Source: Candidatus Saccharimonadota bacterium
GTDB taxonomy: Bacteria; Patescibacteriota; Saccharimonadia; Saccharimonadales; Saccharimonadaceae
Direction: 5' to 3'
Assembly (NCBI GenBank): GCA_020160975.1
Contig: JAIUPJ010000001.1
Coordinates: forward strand, 360,001-392,000
Length of the DNA: 32,000 nucleotides
The notes under the pieces were generated by a model. That model was not told the DNA's origin. It saw only the letters and a list, made by a program, of their open reading frames with translations, and did no database searches. A program made the translations under genes and the position numbers. How positions within the stretch are numbered: the stretch's first letter is position 1; each line of letters starts with the position of its first letter. This document shows positions 17,404 through 24,780 of this stretch, one piece after another.

Positions 17404-20400
17404 TTAATATCGTGGAGGCAGCTCAGTGATCGCCCGCGTCGTCCATGTTCCGTTAAGCTCAGACAAGCGCCGCGACCAGATATAGGCATCTCCGCGCAAA
17501 TTCAAGGTCTCTGCCGCCCCTCCAGGAGTCGTTTTGTCGGCGCCGGCGGTACGACGCAGGAGAACATGACTAGCGGTCAACGCTCCGTTCACCTGTAGCG
17601 GCTGGTTGCAATCATTGATAGTTAGTTGTCCTGGGCCATTTGAACAGGTGTTAATTGTGCCATTTGGCGCAATCAACCACGCATCGACACGCCCAACTCC
17701 CGCTTGAATATTGATATCTGGCGCCACAATCACTAATTGGTTCATGTTTTTGTCATCAGACGAGGTGTCGTACGTCATATTGGTTGCCGTAATTGTCACT
17801 GTGCCTGTAGCTTGAATTACCGTACTTCTCTTCATAAGTTGATTTGCATTCACAAATGCATTGTCGATTGTCACGGCTCCACTTGGTATTATGTTGACAC
17901 CCTTGAGACCTGGACGAGACAAATACCCTCCAATGTTCGGAATCACACCCATCTGGCTGGCTGGGGCAAAGCTACCATAAGGCATCGTTACATTGGCGTG
18001 GGTCAGCTGGCTCCAGGATTGCTGCTGATCGCTTGCACTCCCCGCAGCGAGTCCGGAGGCCGAAGCAATGCTACGTATCGCATCTGGTGCATACATGCTG
18101 TACTCTCCCCATGAACCATAGGTCAGCTGCTTGGATGTATTCATCGATCCAGACAGACTAATATCTTCGATCATGAGCCCGGTGTGCGTGACTGTTGATT
18201 GCACCCACAACTCAAGCACGTTATCGGCACCTGGCTTAAAACTCTGACATCCTGTGTTGGCATTTTCAAAAGAGAATGGTAGCGTGCCAGCCCAGTAACC
18301 AGACCGCAACCATTGATCCGACCGTACGACCGGTACCCAATCGACATAGTTTCCGGCTGTCGGAAAATTGCGACCTGTCGCGAGCAACTGACATCCGTTT
18401 ACAAATGCTTTTACCCTATTGTCAATCGCACCCGCAATGGTTAGCTTAACGGTTGATAAGTCTGCATCTGCCGGCACAGTAAATTTATCTTTTAGTTTAA
18501 ATTTATAGATGTTGGCATTGTCATAACCACCACCAAGCGCCGAGGGGTCGCGGCACCGACTATCATTGTAGTTCTGACCGAAGACGTTTTGCCCAATCCA
18601 GCTCGCTGAAGTAGAGGTTCGACCCCACACATACGTTCCCACATCGCCAGGGCTAGCATTGCCCACGATCGCTCTTCGCGTAATTTTGATCCCGGCCTTG
18701 TTGCTGCTCTCAACCACGACGTACGCCGGTGTTTCACGGTCCATCGGCACTCTGGATGCACCGTCAAAGGAATATTGGCAGGTTTGCCCGATCGCACTAG
18801 AGCCATTTGGCCGAACTACCCCACTGATAGTCCAGTGTTGGTCGTTGTATTCGGGTTTGTAGAGATCTTTGTCAGATGCACCTCCATCATATGTAGCTGC
18901 TATTTTGCTTCCGCCGGCACCTACCCCAGTGCGCCATAACCCATAGGCTGAACTACCACTGAAGCTCCCTGTTGTCGAACCACCTTCGCGTGTACTAATC
19001 TTCCCTGTTATCCCAGAAGCAGCTGCGAGACCAGAGGTGATCGCCGAACCAACTCGCCCATCGTTCCCCCATATCTGAACTGTTGGCGACCTGCCAACCA
19101 GCACACAACTTGTCAGCCAGTCCGTCACCATCACCCTCACCCCAAGAGTAGGGGTCGAGATACGCCAGGCTGCACACACTCTACCGCCTTTTTGCATATC
19201 AAGCACACTAGTATTCATCGTAATTTCCTGGACACTGCCATCGGCCCTCACTGTGGCTACAGATGCACCCCCCGAGCCAAAAGGGCTACCCGTTGAAGAC
19301 GTATCAAAGTAACGACTGTCTCCCGTTGCTGGGTCATACGTTCTATCGGTTGCAGATTTTTCATACCAAATCCAGGCACTGTACTCTACCCTTGTGTCAA
19401 TCGCCGGCTGTGTATCATTTTTCACCTTAAACCGCGCCGTAAAACTTGACTCGTCAGTCGCGGTTGATCCGTCGGTCGGAGTGGTTTCAAGAATTGGCGT
19501 AATACCCCCGCGAGCCATTACCCGCACACACGACCAGGGGCTGGCACCACTGCCACCAGTTTGGTCTTTTGGCGCATATTCCAGCCGATGACAGAACGTA
19601 CTGCCGACATCCTCATTGCGAATCGTATAAGGGCCATAACATTCACCGGAGCCAGGAGGGTTAACTGTCGTCGTACCGCTACTCGAAAATGTGTACGCCG
19701 AGCCAGCAGGATTATTCTGTCGATCGCTGCCTGCAACACCAGCAATTTGGCAAGCATAGGTATAATCAATTGACCGCGACGAAAATAAGCCCGCTGTTTG
19801 GGTTGTTGTTAGATTATGTCTCCACAGAACGGTATCTCCCGGATAAACCACTGCATCGGCGGCGGCAACACTGCTCGAACCGTTGACATACGCATTCGAT
19901 ACAGCGCTATTGGTATATTTCGGTGCTGGTGGCGTACGTATCACCGTCACCTCGACTGGTTGTGCGTAGCACGATCCGCTCACTGATGTCCCATTACTAC
20001 TCATACAGCGGTACAAGTCGATAGTTATTGTCTCCTGTGCTGGAGAAGTAGCGTTATTCGTTGCGAGGCCAGTAACGTTAAGAGTCGCGGCTAAAGTGTT
20101 TCCCTGACTTGAGTAATAATATGGTGCAGGGCTAGGCAATCTACCTCGATACAATGAGGTTGATGAGAGTCCTGTCAACCTCCAGCCATTGCTTCCCCGC
20201 GGTGCGATATTAATTGCGTATGTTGGTCCGGGAAAGCCGTACATGCACGCATATACCGACCCTGCAATCTGTACCGGCACAGAATTTTGACCATCAGCCA
20301 CGACCACATTCTGTGTATAATAACTTGCTCCGCTGTTCGCAAACCAGATCGCTCCGCGTGCCCCATACGACGTCCCGGCAGCATAATTGCACATCCACCA

Positions 20401-20574
20401 TGCAGAGTTTTCTGCATTATTGAACCCGTAGTTGTTGTGATTTCTTGCAGGATCGCCCACTGCAGCAGAGGCAACGTCGCCGTGCAATAGCGATGCCGTC
20501 CCAACAGCAAGAGACAGCGCCATGACAGTGATGAGTTTTGAGAGAGCCGTCAATCGCATGCTAGCCCTGTACAT
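17404..20574 (-). CDS. Large secreted protein, function unknown; candidate pilus-associated adhesin
   Basis: 1056 aa. The signal peptide is MRLTALSKLITVMALSLAVGTASLLHGDVASA. A segment around residues 690-800 (..LTIAGAIDNRVKAFVNGCQLL..VLELWVQS..) looks like a PA14/lectin-type jelly-roll. The protein contains many Cys residues. The gene ends 45 nt upstream of pilM on the same strand. Confidence 0.6.
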   Translation of the reverse strand: MYRASMRLTALSKLITVMALSLAVGTASLLHGDVASAAVGDPARNHNNYGFNNAENSAWWMCNYAAGTSYGARGAIWFANSGASYYTQNVVVADGQNSVPVQIAGSVYACMYGFPGPTYAINIAPRGSNGWRLTGLSSTSLYRGRLPSPAPYYYSSQGNTLAATLNVTGLATNNATSPAQETITIDLYRCMSSNGTSVSGSCYAQPVEVTVIRTPPAPKYTNSAVSNAYVNGSSSVAAADAVVYPGDTVLWRHNLTTTQTAGLFSSRSIDYTYACQIAGVAGSDRQNNPAGSAYTFSSSGTTTVNPPGSGECYGPYTIRNEDVGSTFCHRLEYAPKDQTGGSGASPWSCVRVMARGGITPILETTPTDGSTATDESSFTARFKVKNDTQPAIDTRVEYSAWIWYEKSATDRTYDPATGDSRYFDTSSTGSPFGSGGASVATVRADGSVQEITMNTSVLDMQKGGRVCAAWRISTPTLGVRVMVTDWLTSCVLVGRSPTVQIWGNDGRVGSAITSGLAAASGITGKISTREGGSTTGSFSGSSAYGLWRTGVGAGGSKIAATYDGGASDKDLYKPEYNDQHWTISGVVRPNGSSAIGQTCQYSFDGASRVPMDRETPAYVVVESSNKAGIKITRRAIVGNASPGDVGTYVWGRTSTSASWIGQNVFGQNYNDSRCRDPSALGGGYDNANIYKFKLKDKFTVPADADLSTVKLTIAGAIDNRVKAFVNGCQLLATGRNFPTAGNYVDWVPVVRSDQWLRSGYWAGTLPFSFENANTGCQSFKPGADNVLELWVQSTVTHTGLMIEDISLSGSMNTSKQLTYGSWGEYSMYAPDAIRSIASASGLAAGSASDQQQSWSQLTHANVTMPYGSFAPASQMGVIPNIGGYLSRPGLKGVNIIPSGAVTIDNAFVNANQLMKRSTVIQATGTVTITATNMTYDTSSDDKNMNQLVIVAPDINIQAGVGRVDAWLIAPNGTINTCSNGPGQLTINDCNQPLQVNGALTASHVLLRRTAGADKTTPGGAAETLNLRGDAYIWSRRLSELNGTWTTRAITELPPRY

Positions 20575-21052
20575 CTCCAGACTTCGCTGAATCAGCCGGT
20601 GTAGACTGGATCATCTTCATCTCATTCTCAATACGCACAACACTGGACAGATCGGCCAATTCACCATGAGGGTAGTTGCCCTTACTGAGTAGATCCTTGT
20701 AGGTTCCAAAAGCATTGGCAAATTCATCGCTTTTGCCGGTGCGCATCGTATCTCGCACCACGATATACATACAGGTAGCATTCTGGGTATAGTCTTTGCG
20801 GCTTTTGATCTGAGTCGCCAGCTCAGAGACCTTTGCGGTGTTTGAGAGACCGGCGTTGTACTGCGCCACGTCAGCCGTTGTGCAAACTGGTTGCGTGGAG
20901 CTTGCGAGCACATAGGATTCGCTCGGCTTTTTTATCCCTGCGTACACCCATCCCGTTGCATACAACATTGCTCCAACCGCAATCAGTATGAGGGGAAATC
21001 CTATCACAATTTTCGCCGCAGCAGAGCCATGTCGCCTATCATCTATACCCAC
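20561..21052 (-). CDS. N-terminally anchored hypothetical protein (first gene of the pilus transcription unit)
   Basis: 163 aa, with a GTG start preceded by a GGAGA RBS and a single TM (IVIGFPLILIAVGAMLYATGWVYAG). Its stop overlaps the start of the 1056-aa gene by 14 nt. Confidence 0.5.
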   Translation of the reverse strand: MGIDDRRHGSAAAKIVIGFPLILIAVGAMLYATGWVYAGIKKPSESYVLASSTQPVCTTADVAQYNAGLSNTAKVSELATQIKSRKDYTQNATCMYIVVRDTMRTGKSDEFANAFGTYKDLLSKGNYPHGELADLSSVVRIENEMKMIQSTPADSAKSGDVQG

Positions 21053-21176
21053 TACTTATATCTCCTATTCTACTTATGGTTAGTATAACAGGATTGCGCT
21101 CCCAAAGAAAAGAACTATTCCCTACTCACCCATCGCTCGTACAACGAGCTCGGTATCTGCTATACTACTAACAATT

Positions 21177-21337
21177 ATGAGTTTAAGTATAGGCATATTA
21201 AAGTTCCAGCACAATTGCCTTTCGAACTAAAATTGCGTATCCCGAAGACTGACCACGGTGGTCGAGGCTATTCTAACGAGTACATTGCGAATATCGAAGA
21301 AAATCTATATCTCACCCGCACCGAATAACCAGCTCCC
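21177..21337 (+). pseudogene. Decayed copy of the ychF 5' end (codons 1 to about 60)
   Basis: ATG AGT TTA AGT ATA GGC ATA encodes MSLSIGI, identical to the first 7 residues of the intact YchF at 27603 but using different synonymous codons. Later blocks also align: attgcgaatatcgaagaaaat versus tttgcgacaatcgagccaaat (15/20), and ..ccagctcc versus ..acagctcc. The copy carries indels, frameshifts and an early stop. Similarity ends exactly at the left 18-bp repeat. Confidence 0.6.
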
Positions 21338-21355
21338 TGCTTCTCTCCTGCTATT
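21338..21355 (+). repeat. Left copy of the 18-bp direct repeat TGCTTCTCTCCTGCTATT
   Basis: An exact match to 27308..27325. It overlaps the stop codon of the cytochrome-b5-like gene. Confidence 0.9.
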
Positions 21356-21752
21356 CTTTAGCAAGTATTCCGATTTTGAGCTTAGCAAGTTGTTCGCTTG
21401 CCGCCTCGCTATGAGGGGTGCCTGAACCAACTGGCTGCCCCTCTTGAGTCTGACGTTTTGTAAATAAGGTTGTTGCATCCGTGCCACACGCCCGAAGTAT
21501 TTCATCACCCCCCGGATGACGATTAATAAACTTGGTCAAATCATATACGTCTCCAGATATAATTGCCCAGCAGTCTTCTTTTGAATCATGCTGTGCGACC
21601 TCGTTCATGGTGAATGTTTTTGCTTGTTCGGGTGCGTCTTGAGATGGTGTGTGGGGTTGGCGATTGACTACAAGCACCCAGATACCTGCTCCGATAGCGA
21701 CAACTAGGAATACGGCGATTACAGGTAATATGACGTCGCTCTTCTTACGCAT
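21351..21752 (-). CDS. Membrane-anchored cytochrome b5-like heme-binding domain protein
   Basis: 133 aa. An N-terminal TM is followed by ..FTMNEVAQHDSKEDCWAIISGDVYDLTKFINRHPGGDEIL.., which contains the HPGG motif. A later ..TPHSEA.. offers a candidate second His ligand. Confidence 0.7.
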   Translation of the reverse strand: MRKKSDVILPVIAVFLVVAIGAGIWVLVVNRQPHTPSQDAPEQAKTFTMNEVAQHDSKEDCWAIISGDVYDLTKFINRHPGGDEILRACGTDATTLFTKRQTQEGQPVGSGTPHSEAASEQLAKLKIGILAKE

Positions 21753-21788
21753 GAGTAACTCCTTTGTTCAGTATTGATGTCACTACTC

Positions 21789-22451
21789 CTAGTATCCCCA
21801 TTCTTGCTGCCATTGCTTCATCTGTTCGATTTCTTTTGTTTGAGCGGCTATAACCTCTCTCGCCAAGTCTTTGAGTTCTTGGTGATTGGCATTTGTTTCA
21901 GCGTAGCGAGACATCTCAATAGCTTGTTCATGATGAAGAATCATTTGTTTAAGAAACTCCTTATCGTATTCCTCGCCCTTGAGGTCTTTTAGTTTGTTCA
22001 TCATCTCGACCATATCACCGCCCATATCCATGCCAGCTCCACTATGACTCATGTGACCGCCACTCATCGTCTCTTTATACCCCCACTCTTTTTGCCACTC
22101 TCGCATTTTCATCACTTCTTGTCCTTGCGTCTGTATGATGTTGGTGGAAAGAGTGCGGATTTCTTCGTGGGCTGTAACGGCTCCAGCCTGCTCCGCCATA
22201 TTGAGAGCGCCGTCATGATGAGCTAGCATGTCAGCAATAAAGGCTTCGTCAAACTCGTCGCCGTAGAGAGTGGCGTATTTACTATCTGTGGTTTTCTCGT
22301 CATTAATAGTTTGCTGGGTCGTCTTCATGTCTTGAGCATCAGAAGTCTTTTCGGGTTTAATCGAAAAGACCCCAAAGTACCAAATGGCGGCCGCAAAAGC
22401 CACCAACACGATGATGATAACGGCAAACAGCTTGTTCTTCGTTATTTTCAT
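21789..22451 (-). CDS. DUF305 family protein (paralog a), membrane-anchored, with a Met/His-rich linker
   Basis: There are two DUF305 half-repeats (FIADMLAHHDGALNMAE and FLKQMILHHEQAIEMSR). They are separated by the linker MSGGHMSHSGAGMDMGGDMVEMM. Confidence 0.8.
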   Translation of the reverse strand: MKITKNKLFAVIIIVLVAFAAAIWYFGVFSIKPEKTSDAQDMKTTQQTINDEKTTDSKYATLYGDEFDEAFIADMLAHHDGALNMAEQAGAVTAHEEIRTLSTNIIQTQGQEVMKMREWQKEWGYKETMSGGHMSHSGAGMDMGGDMVEMMNKLKDLKGEEYDKEFLKQMILHHEQAIEMSRYAETNANHQELKDLAREVIAAQTKEIEQMKQWQQEWGY

Positions 22452-23077
22452 TACTCTCCCTTTTGTAAGTCTTCTAATCTTTTAATATCGTTCTTGTAGC
22501 TGGTGAGGCTTTTATTTTTGAATTCAATCAGCTTGCCATATTGAAGATCGCTAACCACACCGCTGTCCTGAATTGCGCCCTCGTGGTGTGCAATCATAAG
22601 ACTAATGAAAAGCCTGTCTGCGTCACTACCGGTTGCAGCTTTAAGCGTTGCCATGTTTGTTGCTGACGCGAGGCCAAGAAAAGTAGGGTACATGTCATGA
22701 CCGTCCATTTCAGGAAAATCAGACAGATTCGTGTATGTTTCGTTCCACTCGCCCAGCCAGCTCTTATATTGATCTTCGGCGCTTTTTTGCTCCTGTTGTA
22801 TCTTTGTAGCTATTTCACGGACAACTTGGTTGGTTGATACCGCTAAGACGGCCTCTGTCATCTCTATAGCTTGTTGGTTGTGGACAATCATCTTTCGAGA
22901 GAAGTCTACATCAGAAAAATCATGTTTGTTTGGATCGGGTTGATTTTGATTGTTACTTACAGGAGGCGTTGTTTTTGGTGGAGCTGAAACTGACCGGTTT
23001 TGAAAAACCAACCAGCCTAGCACGACCGCACCAACTACCGATGCTGCAATCAGTGTTACTAACGTCTTTTTCATCAC
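22451..23077 (-). CDS. DUF305 family protein (paralog b), divergent
   Basis: The half-repeats are FSRKMIVHNQQAIEMTE (HH replaced by HN) and LFISLMIAHHEGAIQDS. It has no Met-rich linker. An N-terminal TM is present. Confidence 0.7.
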   Translation of the reverse strand: MMKKTLVTLIAASVVGAVVLGWLVFQNRSVSAPPKTTPPVSNNQNQPDPNKHDFSDVDFSRKMIVHNQQAIEMTEAVLAVSTNQVVREIATKIQQEQKSAEDQYKSWLGEWNETYTNLSDFPEMDGHDMYPTFLGLASATNMATLKAATGSDADRLFISLMIAHHEGAIQDSGVVSDLQYGKLIEFKNKSLTSYKNDIKRLEDLQKGE

Positions 23078-23088
23078 TAGACCTCGCT

Positions 23089-23607
23089 CTACCTTGCAAG
23101 AGGCTCTGGGCTTTTCCCCAGATTCCTCATCACATACTCTTCTATTTTCTTTTGATCATAGCTTGCTAATGACTCACTTCTGCGCCACGAACTCAGCTCG
23201 ATAGGCGATGTATTAGCCTGACGGGGTGCAAGTACAATCTTCGTTGGCTTAAACTCTGAATTCGAGAATGGAGCGGACAGAAGACCCTTAAGCTTCTCAA
23301 TTTGATCTTGTGGCAAATCAGGTTGGTACGAGACATAGATTCCGCCATGCTCCATATTGTGTATCACTTGGTCGTCACGAACTTCAGTATCGTAAACGCC
23401 CCATGCAACGGGATTAGCATGCGAGCCAGAAGTAGGCGGTTGGTCACCGCCATACTCCTTGCTGCTCACGTGTTCACGGCCATGATCGGCTTGTTCAATG
23501 CCTGGACGTGGTGGTTCTGGTGGCCTATTTATCTTTCCGATTACCAAAGCCCCGCCAAACGCAATGACGATTGCCCCTATAACAATGGGGAATGGCTTAA
23601 CTTTCAT
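23089..23607 (-). CDS. DUF3105 domain protein, membrane-anchored
   Basis: The segment ..YGGDQPPTSGSHANPVAWGVYDTEVRDDQVIHNMEHGGIYVSYQPDLP.. matches the DUF3105 pattern as I remember it (PP.SG.H...WG.Y...H.LEHG). Confidence 0.75.
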   Translation of the reverse strand: MKVKPFPIVIGAIVIAFGGALVIGKINRPPEPPRPGIEQADHGREHVSSKEYGGDQPPTSGSHANPVAWGVYDTEVRDDQVIHNMEHGGIYVSYQPDLPQDQIEKLKGLLSAPFSNSEFKPTKIVLAPRQANTSPIELSSWRRSESLASYDQKKIEEYVMRNLGKSPEPLAR

Positions 23608-24250
23608 AACCCCAGTCTTTTTGCCATTGTTTCATCTGCTTGATTTCTTTTGTCTGTGCGGTGACGATTGCTTTTGTCAGGTCTTTCACTTCCTGATGTT
23701 CGGCGTTCTTTTCACCTGGTGCAGCCATATCAAGCGCTCCTTGGTGGTGCATGATCATTTGCTCGATAAAAGCTTTGTCAAACTCATCACCCGTCTTTCC
23801 CTCCAGGGCGCTGTTCATACCAGCCATCTCATCCATCATACCCATAGCACTGTGATCCATCATGTTGTCGGCACTTGTCGATGGATAACCCCATTCTTTT
23901 TGCCAAGCCGTCATCTGACTAATCTCACCCTCTTGAGCCGAGATGATGTCGTTCGCCATATCTTTCAGCTCTTGGTGCTTGGCATTTTTCTGTGCTAGCT
24001 TCGCCATATCAACAGCACCTTGGTGGTGGGCTATCATATTGGCGATGAAATTACGGTCATAGGTTTCGCCAGTCATGGCAGCATATTGCTTGTATGTATC
24101 TGACGTTGTATCGACTTGTGCCATTTCTGATAGTGGCTGGACTGAAACGCTTCGGAATAGTTGGTCACGGAACACAAAAGTCGCAACACCCACTACAACT
24201 ACAAAAGCGACAAGACCTACAATTAGCATTTGTTTATTCTTTTTATTCAT
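23597..24250 (-). CDS. DUF305 family protein (paralog c), membrane-anchored, with a Met-rich linker
   Basis: The half-repeats are FIANMIAHHQGAVDMAK and FIEQMIMHHQGALDMAA, joined by the linker NMMDHSAMGMMDEMAGMN. An AGGAG RBS is present. Confidence 0.8.
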   Translation of the reverse strand: MNKKNKQMLIVGLVAFVVVVGVATFVFRDQLFRSVSVQPLSEMAQVDTTSDTYKQYAAMTGETYDRNFIANMIAHHQGAVDMAKLAQKNAKHQELKDMANDIISAQEGEISQMTAWQKEWGYPSTSADNMMDHSAMGMMDEMAGMNSALEGKTGDEFDKAFIEQMIMHHQGALDMAAPGEKNAEHQEVKDLTKAIVTAQTKEIKQMKQWQKDWGYES

Positions 24251-24297
24251 AAAGTACTCCTAATTTAGCTATTTAGTAAAACGTAAACAGCTAAATC

Positions 24298-24672
24298 TCA
24301 AGCACGAAAGACGGTCAAACCAATGTAGGCGGGTACGCCACCAGGGGGTGGTTCTCTATCCCCGGCAGCTCTTGTCTCTTGACTATGCTTTTCTTCAAGG
24401 GCCAAAAGGCGTGATGTCTGGAACTGAACATAAAATGGAGGCTGCGGCTTGTCATCCTCGTCTTTCTCGGTACCTTTGATGAACTCGTCTTTGTGAAGAG
24501 TTGCCGTCGTACAAGCAGTAAAACAATTCGATGAACTTACTTGATGAGATGCACCCCCCATTGAGTGCCCCATATTCATCGTCTGCACAGCAGCCGCATG
24601 TATACCTAACGACAGCACACTGAGTACTGAAAGCATGAATACGGAAACAACTCCTTGGAACACTCGTTTCAT
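24298..24672 (-). CDS. Secreted hypothetical protein with an N-terminal Met/His motif
   Basis: 124 aa. The signal peptide (VVSVFMLSVLSVLSLGIHAAA) is followed by VQTMNMGHSMGGASH, a CxxxC-like stretch (CFTAC), and an acidic and Pro-rich tail. Confidence 0.5.
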   Translation of the reverse strand: MKRVFQGVVSVFMLSVLSVLSLGIHAAAVQTMNMGHSMGGASHQVSSSNCFTACTTATLHKDEFIKGTEKDEDDKPQPPFYVQFQTSRLLALEEKHSQETRAAGDREPPPGGVPAYIGLTVFRA

Positions 24673-24711
24673 ATCTCTATTTTACCGTAATTTACCCCAA
24701 CCGTCATATTT

Positions 24712-24771
24712 CTAGTAGTTTGCTTCGCTGTAATGATGATGGTGATGTTCGTGTTCGTCGTGGTTGTGCAT
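24712..24771 (-). CDS. 19-aa His-rich micro-ORF (MHNHDEHEHHHHHYSEANY)
   Basis: The sequence is not in the ORF track. On the minus strand, the TAA stop of the ATPase is followed directly by GGAGGTAGT and then ATG CAC AAC CAC GAC GAA CAC GAA CAT CAC CAT CAT CAT TAC AGC GAA GCA AAC TAC TAG. Nine of its 19 residues are His. Confidence 0.4.
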   Translation of the reverse strand: MHNHDEHEHHHHHYSEANY

Positions 24772-24780
24772 ACTACCTCC

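Noticed and set aside
24262-24296. A short inverted repeat (ATTTAGCT..AGCTAAAT) between the 124-aa gene and DUF305 paralog c, considered as a regulatory element.
   Set aside because: The stem is only 8 bp with an 18-nt loop, in an AT-rich spacer that also has to carry the AGGAG RBS. This is not distinguishable from chance.
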